A stretch of 64,000 nt of DNA from Centroscyllium fabricii (GCA_051313645.2 JBNRSN020000008.1:244590001-244654000); one strand, 5' to 3'. Counted from the first letter of the stretch, positions 24,571 to 36,833 are shown. Notes: generated from the sequence alone by a model not told the origin. Numbers and translations: made by a program.

Positions 24571-24833
24571 GTAATTATCTGCAGCAAAATCTTGTGCCCC
24601 TGTCAATTTTATTTATCTCTCTTCAATTTTCTGAAACAGGTTCACTAAGTTTTTTTCTGCACGGAAGGAGGAAAGTATCTGGGGGGGAAACCCCAGAAAT
24701 ATTAATCTAAAGTTTCCTTTATACCTCATCAGCTTGATGGGGAAACAGTGAACTAATTTTATTTATTATGTGATACAGCAAGGCAGAGAATGTCAAAGGA
24801 TCATAAATTTGTTCTAAGAAACCTTGTGATATT

Positions 24834-25603
24834 GGCCCAGAAATTCCCGTCAGCGCATATCGGGTTTAAGCTCTGCAAGTGCACCAGAGCTTAAACCCGC
24901 AGAAAGCAGCCAGAGCGCACGCTTCAGGATTTCCTGTGCCGCCCAACGGGGGGGGGGGGGGGGTCGCTGCTTCCTGCGAGGTCCAGCGCAGGAATCAGCG
25001 AACTACGGGATCACCCAGTCTTTCCGATGTTTTTTTAAACTTTTTCTACGGACCAAGAGAAGAAAATTCAACGCTGGAAAAAAGGAGTCGTAAACACCCG
25101 TTTTCATCTGTTAAGTGTGTATTTTATTGATTTTAATTGTTGTTTTTTCAGGTTTTTAATTGTTGATAACTTTAGAGACAGGTAAGTATTTTTTTAGACT
25201 TGTTGGAAGTTGAAAACATTTTTTGCAAATTTTTCTTTTTTCTTTAAAATAAGTTATTTGTGTTAGTTGGGGTAATGTTTAAAAAATGTGGTGTTTGTAA
25301 CAATTTATTTTTGTGTTTAGATGTCTTTTGGGAATCTCTCTTTTCAAAACTCGCACAGATTCCTCTGTGGAAGTTTTGAACGGACAATTGGTTCCATTGA
25401 TTGGCTCCCTGCCAATCACGTGGTCTCAAAAGCCATCTCGCACTAATTACGTCCTTGAGATGCCCATGAAACTCGCATGGAGCTCTGACAGGCTGGGCTA
25501 ACGGGAATTTCTCAGTGTAAAAAAGCAAAACTGAATATGGGCAATTAAAGTGCGTTAAGCAGGTTCTGCACCCGCAGGAAGGCTCCACAGCAATTTCTGG
25601 GCC
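24834..25603. mobile_element. MITE (Harbinger-like)
   Basis: TIR ggcccagaaatt / aatttctgggcc; 3-bp TSD att; AT-rich core. Confidence 0.85.
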
Positions 25604-26669
25604 ATTAAGGCATGGAGTTTCCAGGAGGGGCGCAATCTGCAAAATGCGCCCAGAATGCGCTGGACACTGCGCCGGTTTTACTGAGGTGAAGTTACGCACA
25701 AGTTTCTATGCAAATTTATTCACATAATTCCGAGCGTAAAATCTTCCATGAATGAGTTCCACCAAGCTATGTAATCGATCGTAATCAATTCTAACGGGAA
25801 CTTGGCAGTAACGCTGGATTCATGTGACCACGGGTGCCTGTGTGCTTGTGATTCTGGGCACATTGTGAACAACCCGAACAGGCTCAATCGGTGGAGACTC
25901 GTCAGCCCGACCTGGGGGAAGGGGGTGGCCAGTTTTTTTCCGCGGAATGCTTGGGACGAATGGAACCAGCGAAAACGATCACGGATACTCTAGCATAAAG
26001 AGGTTACAGGCATAACTCACGTTTAAAATTCTGCAATCTTTAACGCTGTTTAATTTGATTCTGCCCAGATTATGGTGATATCTGTGCTTTTGTCATACAG
26101 AAATGCAGTTCCTAAATTCGGGTATGTTTATATAACAACTCTGGCATTAGTGTGAGATTGTTTCATTTTGTAGCAATGGTGCAGTTATAGTGCAAATCCA
26201 AGCTCACCATCGAGGAGTGGAATGAGAGACCCTGGAGTCTCGGTGCACTTGGCTCTGTAGTTATGTGGGACCCCAACTCGAGATTTACACTACACAACTT
26301 TAGTGTACGGATTAAACTTACTGTGCCATAAACCAACTTGCAGATAAAGGGATTTTTTTTGCCACAACCCAGTTGAGGCACCAACATGTTCTGATCTGGT
26401 ACAGTAGTACAATCCTCTGCTTGATTTTATGCAGGCAGGCGGTACCCATTCGGCAGATGCCCCAAACTAACAGTGGATGTAATTCCAACCTGTTCATTAT
26501 TTGTAAAACCTGAATTTCCCCATCGGAGAATACACACTAACAAGTCAGTGATTATACAGGGTATATTGAAAATATGTGACTGATGCTGTAAAGTTTACTG
26601 TATTTATATATATTAAATTAGCAAACATGTAAAATTACAATAATTAACAAATAATCCTCCAATATAAAC

Positions 26670-27673
26670 AAAAAGATGTTTGATAAAGTGCCACATAATA
26701 GGCTTACCGGAAAAGCTGAAGCCCATTAAATAAAAGGGACACTGGCAGTATGGATACGAAATTGGCGAATTGACAGGAACCAGGGTCGTGGTGAACAGCT
26801 GTTTTTTGGACTGGAGGAAGGTATACAGTGGTGTTGCCCAGGGGCCATTGCTTTTCTTGATATATATGAGTGACTTGAGCTACAGGGCACAATTTCAAAA
26901 TTTGCAGATGAGACAAAACTTGGAGGTATCGTGAACAGTTAGGAGGATATTGATAGACTTCAGGAAGACATAGAGAAGCTGGTGAAATGGTCAGACACAT
27001 GGCAGATTAAATTTTATGCAGAAAAGTGTGAAGTGATACATTTTGGTAGAAAGAATGAGGAAAGGCAATCCAAACTAAAGGGTGCAATCCTTAACTGGGA
27101 GTATGACCAGAGAGACCTGGGGGTATAGGTGCACAAATCGTTGAAGGTGGCGGGGCAGGTTGAGAAAGGGGTTAAGAAAGCATTTGGGATCCTGGGCTTC
27201 ATAAATAGAGGCAGAGAGTACAGAAGCAAGGAAGCTATGATGAACCTTTATAAAACACTGGTTCGGCCTCAACTGGAGTATTGCGTCCGGTTCTGGGCAG
27301 CGCACTTTAGGAAGGATGTGTAGGCCTTAGAGAGGGTGCAGAAAAGATTTACAAGAATGATTCCAGGGATGAGGGACTTCAGTTACGTGGCTAGACTGGA
27401 GAAGCTGGGGTTGTTCTCCATGGAGCAGAGAAGGTTGAGAGGAGATTTGATAGAGGTGTTCAAAATGATGACATGTCTGGACAGAGGAGAGAGAAACTGT
27501 TCCCATTGGTGGAAGGGTCGAGAACCAGAGGACGCAGGTTCATGGTAATTGGGTAATTGGCAGAAGAACCAAAGGCGACATGAGGAAAACCTTTTTACGC
27601 AGCGAGTGGTTAGGATGCGGAATTCACTGCCTGAGAGGGTGGTGGAGGCAGACTCAATCACAGCTTTCAAAAG
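26670..27673 (+). mobile_element. CR1 LINE 5' part; its 3' end resumes at 34397
   Basis: FDKVPH, KFADETKLGG, LYKTLVRPQLEYCV.FW, FTQRVVRM.NSLPERVVEA; breaks at cagctttcaaaag (27661-27673). Confidence 0.92.
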
Positions 27674-27890
27674 CCATGATGTGGAGGTGCCGGTGCTGGA
27701 CTGGTGTGGGCAAATGCAAGAAGTCACACAACACCAGGTTATAGTCCAACAGTTTTATTCTAAATCACAAGCTTTCAGAGCAGCTGATCCTTCATCAGGT
27801 GAAAGAGAAGTTGATTTAAAGAATGCACATATGGAAGGGAGAGAGAAATCTGAGGTGAGATGTGGGAGATCAGATTTCTCTCTCCCTTCC
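27674..27890 (-). mobile_element. Penelope terminal-repeat fold-back insertion: left arm and hairpin centre (right arm continues at 34285-34396)
   Basis: Reverse complement of the Penelope terminal repeat; perfect 21-bp inverted repeat 27833-27853 / 27870-27890; 13-bp TSD cagctttcaaaag at 27661-27673 and 34397-34409. Confidence 0.85.
27765..27802 (-). ncRNA. Penelope hammerhead copy with disrupted stem II
   Basis: Minus strand tcac-CTGATGA-aggatcagctgctct-GAAA-gctt-gtga; two substitutions weaken stem II. Confidence 0.6.
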
Positions 27891-28272
27891 TTGGGGGGAA
27901 TTTTCATGTCCCCGTCAGGTGGGGTTTTGGGCGGGTGGGAGATGAAAATTCGAAAATTTTGGTTGCCGGCCAAGCACGCCCATTCCCCGCCAGATTTGAA
28001 TTTTTGGCGGCCTTTTTTCCCGCCCAAAATCTTTCCCGCCGGCGCCCAGCGGGGATGCTTGTTAAGGTCATTAAGGGCCCTTAATTGGCATCAGTAATCT
28101 CATTTTAAGGGCCCTGAGCAATTTTCATGTGTTTCACGCACAAAACCCCCCAAGATAAACCCCGTCAGGTGAAACCCTTGTGTGAACTCAGTGGGACTGT
28201 GGAGTATCTGTGTCCAGTCACTCAATGAAGGCTCACATTCAATCAGCCATCATTCGCTTCCGCAAACACATT

Positions 28273-29119
28273 GGGCCAGAAATTCGGGTACCTAAAGCAG
28301 ATGCCCACGGCGATGCCCATGAAAAATGCCCACGGATCCGAGATGCCCACGGATCCAAAACTTCTGATGCTGAGGGAAAAGGGCGCTCAGCATGATGCCC
28401 AGGAATGAGTTGCACCCAAAACTTCGGATTCAAAAAAGGTCAAAAAGGGTCATTTTTTTCAGTGATTCTGTGGGCAACGGAGCCCACAGATGCACTTGAA
28501 AAAAGCTTGAGTAACTCGGTGGTGAGGTAGAGAGAAACGTTCTTAAGCAAGGTAAGGTAAGTTTTTTACTTTAATTTAAATTTTTTACAGTTTTTGGGAG
28601 TAGTGTGTCCAGATCGGTAACGTTAAATTTTTAAGTTAAAGTTTTTTAAAAAATGTAACAAATTCAATTTTAAGTTAATTTACTTGGTTGAAATCGCTAA
28701 TTTTTAAAGTTACATTTGTGAAATTTTTAACTCTCTAGCTAATTTTAAAATTTTAAAAATCTACGGAGAAAAAATGGCTGAACCTACCTGCCGTTTCTTC
28801 CTCTGAGCTGCTGCTGTTCCCCCGCGCTGCTCCCCGCGAGTTTGTTATGCAGCTCCGCACTTACCTGCTCTCACTAAGGTCCGACTCGGGATCTCGGCAT
28901 TTAAATTAGGGATCTGGTGGGCGTTTTCTATTTAAATTTGGGATCTGTGGGCGGGGTTTACACTTTGCACGTAACGTGGCTGGACTGCCACGTTGCGAAC
29001 GAAGGGGGCGGAGCCAATCACAAGTTTTGAGAAAAAAAAACCTCCGATCTTGCTGGGCTTCGTTAGTGCTCCGCATGGTCCTAGTTGCCCTCCAACCGGC
29101 AAACCCGAATTTCTGGCCC
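28273..29119. mobile_element. MITE nested in the Harbinger element
   Basis: 17-bp perfect TIR gggccagaaattcgggt / acccgaatttctggccc; TSD att. Confidence 0.9.
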
Positions 29120-30353
29120 ATTGTTCTCTCAGTCCTGGGGATATTTGCAACAGGCTTCAGCACACCTGTGGAAAGTTGAATCCTCAAACACTACTGCAGT
29201 GTGACCTGGGAAAGCCCTCTCACTTCCACCCCTCACTCAGTGCTTCCTCAGCCGAGGCTGCCAGCACAGCCATGGGAGCCATTTTCTTCCTTCCCTTCTT
29301 GGGATTACATGATCTCTACCAGGAGCAGATGCAGCTACAGCAGCAAAAGCAACAGCCACACCAGGAGCCTGACGCTCCTGCGGACCCTCCAGGGGCAGCA
29401 TGGGCCAGAAGGCATCGGTGCATCCAAGGCCGTCGCTGCAGAAGATACTCCCCAAACAGGGTCTACAGAGTCCGAGCCACCTACCTCAACATGAGTGAGC
29501 GGTGGTGCCAAAGGCGACTCCGACTTTCCAGAGACCAGTCACAGACATCTGCGTCATGCTGCAGCAAGAGCTGGAGCCCAGCACACCATGTAGACATGCC
29601 TTACCAGTGGCCCTCAAAGTCACCACCGCACTCAACTTCTTTGCCTCGGGTTCATTCCAGGGATCAGCAGCCGACATCAGCGGAATCTCCCAGTAGGCCG
29701 CACACTCCTGCATCACCCAGCTAACCGATGCCCTCTTTGCCCGTGCCCACAATTTCATCCATTTTACCATGGAACGCGCAAGTGTGAGGGCCCGAGCGAT
29801 TGGAATGGCTCGTCTAGCAGGCTTCCCAAGGGTACAGGGCATCATTGACTGCACACATGTTGCCCTTAGGGCACCCAACGACAACCCAGTAGCTTTTCTC
29901 AACCGCAAGGGCTTCCATTCATTCAATGTTCAACTGGTGCGTGACCACAACAAGGAGATTTTGCATGTGTGTGCCAGTTACCCTGGCAGCTGCCATGACT
30001 CCTATGTCCTGCGCCAATGAACCTTACCTACACTCTTCACACCGCTGGACCAGCTTCCGGGGTGGCTACTTGGAGACAAGGGCTATCCCCACAGGACTTG
30101 GCTCATGACGTCTGTCAGGAGGCCAGCCAGTGAGGCTGAGGAGAACTACAACTCCAGACACCTCTCCACAAGCAGCATTATAGAGCACACCATCGGCTTG
30201 CTCAAGATGTGTTTCAGATGCTTGTACAGATCAGGTGGAGCCCTGCAATGCACCCCAGCCAGCGTCTCCAGAATGGTAGTGGTATGCTGTCAACTTCACA
30301 ACATGGCCCAGCGCCGTGGCTTGCAACCTCCTGACCAAGACTGTGACGAGGCT

Positions 30354-30535
30354 GTAAGCCTCCAGAACTCTAAAAAAAAAATCCGGTACCTACAGGCCTG
30401 ATTATGTACTTTACTGTCTGCAATTTGCATGTAATTTATTTGAACTACTCTCGGGAGCGTCGAGTCTTCGTCTCATTGTATTGTACTAGTACTCTGCAAT
30501 GACAATAAAACTTGAATTGAATTGAATTGAATTGA
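30354..30535 (+). mobile_element. 3' tail fragment of a non-LTR retroposon inserted in the transposase
   Basis: Ends in caataaaa followed by (ttgaa)n, a microsatellite-type LINE tail; interrupts the transposase between DCDEA and EDLPP. Confidence 0.7.
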
Positions 30536-30565
30536 AGACCTTCCTCCTCGCATACCGTCCTTAGA

Positions 30566-30667
30566 TGAGGAGGAGGAGGAGGAAGAGGTGGTGGAGGAGG
30601 AAGAGGAGGAGGAAGAGGAGGAGGAAGAGGAAGAGGAAGAAGAAGAGGAGGAGGTAGAGGAGGAGGC
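30566..30667 (+). repeat. GAG/GAA trinucleotide run (acidic tail of the transposase)
   Basis: gaggaggaggaagag... seen directly. Confidence 0.95.
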
Positions 30668-31981
30668 GGACGGGGTTGCTGCCACTCGACCCCAGCCAGC
30701 GCCACCATTACGCAAGAACGTTGCTGGCCGGCAAGCAAGGATGGAGCTCATCCTTGCAAGATTTTCTTAGACTACTCAAGCCAGCTTGTGTTACTCTCCT
30801 CATCATAACAGCACATCCTCAATGACACACTCCAATCAGTTCCACAGCTCATACCTACATGAGGCCCACTACTGTAACAACATCTGTGGGGGGGGGGGGT
30901 TGGGAGAGTGTGCTTTTGGGGCTGCCAAGTGCCTGTGAAGGCTTTCTGCGCTCGTGCATGCACTCACGCCCCTGACGCACCACACATTTCCTTGATGAAC
31001 ATGGTCCCACCCAAACATCCATCCATCCATCACATGCAATAATGAGCACAGAAACATTAAAGGTTGCAACTGCAACATGCTGTTTAGTAAAGACATTAAG
31101 CAAACATGGCCACATGCATGGAAGTTCAACTGATGACCAGCACTTATGAATCACTGCATTAATGATGTCCCGGGCATCTCAGCTGCAGACATGCAGGTTG
31201 AAACGGTCAAAATGTCATTATCAGCAATGCTGCACCTCAGCCAGTCCAGTTTTGAGCTTGCAACTTCATATCCATTGTCAATCATGTTCCCCCCTCTCAC
31301 GTGCTGCCCCTCCCTTTTCTAGAGTGACACATTCTGACAAACCAGGGCAGCGCACCCGCACATGAGGCAGGAGCTGTGGAGGGTGGTGAGGGTCAATGTC
31401 TGGTGGTTCTTCACCCACCTGATCTTGTTTGAGGTGTGAGAGCTGAGGCATGCTGGCACCATGTCTCCTTGGCCATTCCATCAGGGTCAGGTGCTGTGAG
31501 GGGCCAGTTGCAGCCAGATGATGTTGGATGCATGGGTACTTTGGCCAGTTGGCCCATCTTTTCTTTGCCCACCTCCATCCTTTTAAAGTTTTGTTCGTGT
31601 TAAAGTTCAGCCCTGAGGCATGTTTGCTGGTATAGCGAAAACATCAGGTGGTTTGTTCAGTTAACCTGGTCATCCTTTGGACAACACATCGGTCATGCAG
31701 TACCTCTGTTTGCTGGTGTGCATCACCATGAAGGTAGGCTGGTGTCAAGGACCTTCACTGTTAACCATTGAGCTGCAGTCTGTTATTGAACCTCATTCGT
31801 CTTGCTGTAAGTCCTTCTGCCATGTTGCGTCTGCATCCTTGCATATCTGTGAGGCCTGCCCAATTGCTGTCCAGCCTGCATAAGGTTTCAATGTGGAAGG
31901 GCCATTCGCAAGATTTCAGACATGACAACTGCATCAGGTGGCACCTGCAGTGGGCTGCTGTCTGACCACTGCTTTCGACAC

Positions 31982-34041
31982 CTAACTGACTGTTACACTA
32001 ACACCCAAGTGACTCCCGTTGTGCATAAGGGTGCTTAATTGTTCTTTTGCGAGTGCTCCTACGCGGTGGTGGCCCTGTAGTGTCAGCAGATATGGAGGCC
32101 CCCTGCTGAGTGCCCTGCTGCTCCTGTCTGGAAACCTTTGGCGGTCATCCTCTGGGGCGGCGAGCCTGTGGGAGCTCGCTACCAGTCTGCTGCTCCTGCG
32201 GCTGGGCAGGGTTGGAGACTTCCATCTCAGGTGCATGGGGACTCCGGCGGGCCTCTGACCGAGGGCTCTGCAGTGGTGTGGACGTGGGAGCGCTTGGAGA
32301 GTAGCCCCCACTTCCTTCAGCTGCACCACCAACCTTCCTCTCATGGGTCACCTCCCTCTCAGTGCCTGCAACTGGCTGGACAGCACCTTGCTGCACTTCA
32401 GGGGGGCCATGGTGACCCGTTTCTGCAGTGGAAGTCCTACTGTGAGGGACTTCCATGAAGGTCTGGTTCCTGTGCTCAACAGATGCCACTCGGTGCTCAA
32501 GAGATGTGTAACTATTGTGGACAGTGCCCATGTCTTCGAAAGACTGGTGACTTATGTGCTCGATGGCCGTGGCCATCCTCTCGTCCACAGTCGCTATCCT
32601 TTCCATGGTTTTCACCATCCTTTCCATGGTGGTCGCCATCCTTTCCATGGTGGTTGCCATCCTTTCCATGGTGATGAGATCATGCACCACTGACTACGCA
32701 AGGTCGCTTCTCATGCTTGCGACAGACCCCTCATACTCCTGACACTCGCAGCTAACTGGTAGACAAAACCTGTCAGAGAAGCCTGCATCTGTGTCTGGAG
32801 ACCCATCATGATGGATCCAAAGGTGCTGTGTCGACATGCAGCTCAGCTAAGCTGGCAGTGTCCTGCGCCCTCTGACTAGGACTCTGCACTGCTGTCCCTG
32901 TCTCCACAATCTGCTGAGGCTCACTAGTGCTGTCTGAATCACCCGGTGACAAGTCATGTGTAGCTCTAGGGGGGCCCACCGAGGTGCTAGTATCTGCGCT
33001 CGTGCCGGGTGGAGTCTGTGGTGCTGACGGTGCACCCTCAGAGGTGGCAGGTTCCTCTGAGGACTGGATGGGGCAGCCTGGTGCTGATCTCTGGTTGGCC
33101 GTCCAGATGCTGCTGGGCCTGTGGGGCAGTAAAGGCAGAGGTTAGAGATATGTCAGTAAGGTTACATACAGATAGCATTCAGGAGCTGAGCAGAGCTGCC
33201 TCTGCAGTGCTTTTACATTCATTGTGCCAGTCTCATGTGTTCCTTGTTAGAGAAATAATTAAACCATGCTGTCACCAGCTCGAGATTGCATGCCTGCCTC
33301 GCCGTCACCCACTCCCGGGGCGTGCCCCTCCCCAACGAGGCCTAGCACTGCCTCCTCCCAGGTGGTGAGCTGCTGGATGTTGGAGGGTCCTCCTCCGGTC
33401 CCGGCGCTGTGCCGCTTGTTTGTGGCTGTCTTTTCCTGCAATGAGGGAGAGAAGTGGAGGTCGAGTGAGAAGGAAGGAGTTGGTGCAGTGAGTGAGCAGC
33501 AAAGTTTGTTGTAGGGTGACAAAGATGCAGTGAGCCTGCAAGACCAAAGGCTCTCCCTGTGTGGTGCCAGATGTGCAGCAAGCATGAGAGTGAGAGGGAG
33601 TGTGAGGGCAGAATGGAGGGAAAGGACCGTGAGTGCGAGCATAGATAGAGAGGGAATGGGTAAGGTTGCTTGGAGGTGATGGGCAAGTGGGATGTGGAGG
33701 AAGGGAGTGGTGAAGATAAGTTGTGGAGAGGAGAGGTGTGGGGGATGAGATTGAGGATATGGGGAAATGAATACTTACTCTTGCAGTGCGATGAAGGTCA
33801 TGCAATCTGTTGCGACACTGCAGCCATGACTGGTGTGTTGTGCCCAAAGAGCTGACCCCCTCAGCCACCTGCTGCCATGCAGCCTTAGCCTGTGAGGGAG
33901 GTCTCTTCCTCCCTGAGGAGGGTAAGAGAACCTCCCTATGGGAAGTTGCCCCCTCGAGCAATGCGTCGAGTGAGGCATCATCAAATTTGGGGGCGGGTCG
34001 CCCCTCGCACTGCCCGATGCAGCACCCCCATGCTCTGCCAT
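31982..34041 (-). pseudogene. Harbinger Myb/SANT-like DNA-binding gene, 3 exons (34041-33779, 33435-33276, 33118-~31982), disabled
   Basis: RPAPKFDDASLDALLEG..REVL..AKAAWQQVAEGVS..SWLQCRNRLHDL|gtaagt; ttgcag|EKTATNKR..TGGGP..LTTWEEAVL|gtgac; ccacag| exon 3 with MERMATT heptads; frameshifts and stops. The 3' end is approximate. Confidence 0.9.
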
Positions 34042-34314
34042 CCTGCTGAAGGTTGCAGAGCTCTGAGCAGTGCGGGAGGCGAGCTGTTTTTATTAAAGGA
34101 AACCCGAATCCTGACGTCATATTGTGCGACTTTCTGACTGGAAATCGGTAATTGGGAATGCTTCCCACAGGCGGGGAATTAATTGAGTTGTTAGACGAAA
34201 ATCTCGTGGGAAACGCAGGCACTTATTCGGGCGGGACAAAAACCCGCCCGACCAATCCCCGCCATTAGGGCAAAATTCCTGCCCATATGTGCGTTCTTTA
34301 AATCAACGTCTCTT

Positions 34315-34352
34315 TCACCTGACGAAGGAGCAGCTGCTCCGAAAGCTTGTGA
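34315..34352 (+). ncRNA. Penelope minimal hammerhead ribozyme (in the right arm 34285-34396)
   Basis: tcac-CTGACGA-a-ggagcagctgctcc-GAAA-gctt-gtga; stem II is a perfect palindrome. Confidence 0.8.
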
Positions 34353-34396
34353 TTTAAACCTGGTTGGACTATAACCTGGTGTTGTGTGACTTCTTG

Positions 34397-34550
34397 CAGC
34401 TTTCAAAAGGGAATTGGATAAGTACCTGAAGGAAAGAAATTGGAGGACTGGGGGAAAGTGGGGGGGGGGACTCACTGAAGTGTTTTTGCGGCGAGCCGGT
34501 ATGGGCCCGACGGGCCGAATGACCTCCTGTGCTGTAACCATTCTAGGATT
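34397..34550 (+). mobile_element. CR1 3' end (continuation of 26670-27673); duplicated at 36346-36502
   Basis: AFKRELDKYLK followed by gggccgaatgacctcctgtgctgtaaccattct, a CR1-type 3' UTR/tail. Confidence 0.88.
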
Positions 34551-34566
34551 GTAAACTTTCACTTAC

Positions 34567-34884
34567 CGAGTACTTGCAGAGTGATGGTTGCTGTTGTTTG
34601 AGCCCCGGTGCTTGGAACCATGGTGACAATGTAATCTCCACTGTCGGAAGCTGTCACTGACTTCAGCAGGAGCGATCCGTTCGGGAGGAATAACTCAATC
34701 CGTGTTGTGTAGGCAGCAGCTATAGACTCAGCTGCACCGATCCACTGACCTACAGTTGTCTCCCCGAATTTCCAGTTCCCACTATCCAACTCAGCTGACG
34801 GCCACACTGAAAAAAATGCGTTGCGTCCGACGGTCACATTTATCCGACTGTTTTCTGTTTGTATAGTGAACTCCTGGGGCTCAA
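34567..34884 (-). CDS. CEACAM-like N-terminal IgV domain exon, copy 1 (open, 318 nt, phase 1-1)
   Basis: cctcag|..EPQEFTIQTENSRINVTVGRNAFFSV..GNWKF..RIELFLPNGSLLLKSVTASDSGDYIVTM..ITLQVL G|gtaagt; cysteine-less IgV with NGSLLL and DSGxY motifs typical of CEACAM N domains. Confidence 0.9.
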
Positions 34885-35049
34885 CTGAGGAAAGAAAATC
34901 ACATTGAGGAGGAAGTAAAGAGAAACACTCAAACTCGACACAATATATACTTTTCTGAAGTGATAGTTAAACTTGATTTTATATGACAATCGCTTGCTGT
35001 CATGATTTTCTAATCACTAAAAGAAATGAGAGGAGAAAGTGATCCTCAC

Positions 35050-35101
35050 CCGCAGATATGAATAAGCAAACAGCTACCGCGGTAAGTGGCAGTGTGAGCA
35101 T
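35050..35101 (-). CDS. Signal-peptide (leader) exon, copy 1
   Basis: MLTLPLTAVAVCLFISA G|gtgag; phase 1, matching the N exon. Confidence 0.85.
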
Positions 35102-36263
35102 CCTGAGAGAGCAGCGCCAGTCCCTGTTACACTCGCTGACTGAGCCGCTCCTCCTGGTCCACACAACACATCAGTTGAGTCATTTACTGAAGCGGCGATG
35201 CTGATTGGACCCAGTGCTGTTCACATGACTGGAAACATTTGCAGTAAGAGTCCATTCTAAAATGTTAAATATCAGTACGAATTTGTGGAAATATACTGGG
35301 ATTGGGAGGAAGAGTTAGTTCAACTTCAAGTGTTTAAATCTTTGCCCAGAACCTAAAACAAAATGCCCATTATTTAGTGTGACTTCTTGCATTTGTCCAC
35401 CCCGGGCACATCCCCATCATAGCCATTATTTAGCTGTCAGCGAAGGAATAGCGTCCCCCGTTCATCAAGCTTACAGCTGCCCAGTCTTTTCGTGGGCTAA
35501 TGACAGGCAATTTCTGGTTCCAAGAGATCTTTTTCAATGCGGCGTCTTCTGCCGGGATATGTGGCATTTGTGAACGAGACAAGCCACAGTGTGTCTCTTT
35601 AATCAATCACTGAAGATTCACTGAAACACGTAGGCGTTGATTTTCCTTCAGGCGGGCTTTGAGGCGTCTGGGGGCTTAAAATCGCACAAAGTGAGGATCG
35701 CGACCCCCGGCCTGGTTCCCCACACTTAGCCACCTGATCGACTCAATCAGTCCCACTGCAACAGGCGGGACTGGTCTTTAGGGCCCTTAGTGTGGTTAAA
35801 CAGAGTGCGTTCTTGGATCTGGGTGAGTAGCAGTCTTACTGGTTGCTGAAAACGTTGTTTGTTTCACATTTACTGTGTACTTTTAACTGTTTTTCCCCAG
35901 ATTTAAGCAAGGTTAAAAAGGGATAAACAAGTCCAGCAAGTCAGGGCAGCTGTAGGCAGTTAACGCAGGCTTTTTTTAAAACCAGGGGGTGGGGCCAATT
36001 CATCTGCTACCAGTATATAGGTGGAGCAGTTAAAGGAATCCCGAATCTTGGCGTCATAGTGTGTGCCTTTCTGACTGGAAATCGGTGATTGGGAAGGCTT
36101 CCCACAGGCGGGGAATTAATTGAGTCATTAGACGAAAATCTCGTGGGAAACGCAGGCACTTATTCGGGCGGGACAAAAACCCGCCCCGTCCAATCCCCGC
36201 CAGTTCCCCGCCATTAGGGCAAAATTCCAACCCATATGTGCGTTCTTTAAATCAACTTCTCTT

Positions 36264-36301
36264 TCACCTGACGAAGGAGCAGCTGCTCCGAAAGCTTGTG
36301 A
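36264..36301 (+). ncRNA. Penelope minimal hammerhead ribozyme, duplicated copy
   Basis: Identical to 34315-34352. Confidence 0.8.
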
Positions 36302-36518
36302 TTTAAACCTGGTTGGACTATAACCTGGTGTTGTGTGACTTCTTGCAGCTTTCAAAAGGGAATTGGATAAGTACCTGAAGGAAAGAAATTGCAGGACTGC
36401 GGTAAAGGGGGGGGGGGGGGGACTCGCTGAAGTGTTTTTGCGGAGAGCCGGTATGGGCCCGACGGGCCGAATGACCTCCTGTGCTGTAACCATTCTAGGA
36501 TTGTAAACTTTCACTTAC

Positions 36519-36833
36519 CGAGTACTTGCAGAGTGATGGTTGCTGTTGCTTGAGTCCCGGTGCTTGGAACCATGGTGACAGTGTAATCTCCACTGTCGGA
36601 AGCTGTGACTGACTTCAGCAGGAGCGATCCGTTCAGGAGGAATAACTCAATCCGTGTTGTGTAGGCAGCAGCTATAGACTCAGCTGCACCGATCCACTGA
36701 CCTACAGTTGTCTCCCCGAATTTCCAGTTCCCACTATCCAACTCAGCTGACGGCCGCACTGAAAAAAATGCGTTGCGTCCGACGGTCACATTTATCCGAC
36801 TGTTTTCTGTTTGTATAGTGAACTGGGGCTCAA
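36519..36833 (-). CDS. CEACAM-like IgV N-domain exon, copy 2 (open, 315 nt)
   Basis: Same splice sites as copy 1; one in-frame codon deletion and 6 substitutions relative to copy 1. Confidence 0.9.

Larger units (their letters stand above)
29272..30770 (+). pseudogene. Harbinger (HARBI1-like) DDE transposase pseudogene
   Basis: [79 protein letters not shown], then a poly-Glu tail. Frameshift ~29533, stops at ~29694 and ~30018, insertion at ~30354-30533. Confidence 0.95.
27893..34284. mobile_element. PIF/Harbinger DNA transposon, near full length and disabled, with convergent transposase and Myb-like genes
   Basis: Imperfect TIR ggggggaatttt / aaaattcctgccc; contains both canonical Harbinger genes; splits the Penelope right arm. 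TSD not clearly resolvable. Confidence 0.85.

Noticed and set aside
30354-30537. Intron in the transposase (starts gtaagc, ends ag)
   Set aside because: Splicing would be out of frame with the acidic tail, there is no pyrimidine tract, and the (ttgaa)n end indicates a retroposon tail.
29272-34041. Domesticated host HARBI1/NAIF1 genes
   Set aside because: Stops, frameshifts, TIR-bounded context and a second decayed copy indicate transposon remnants.
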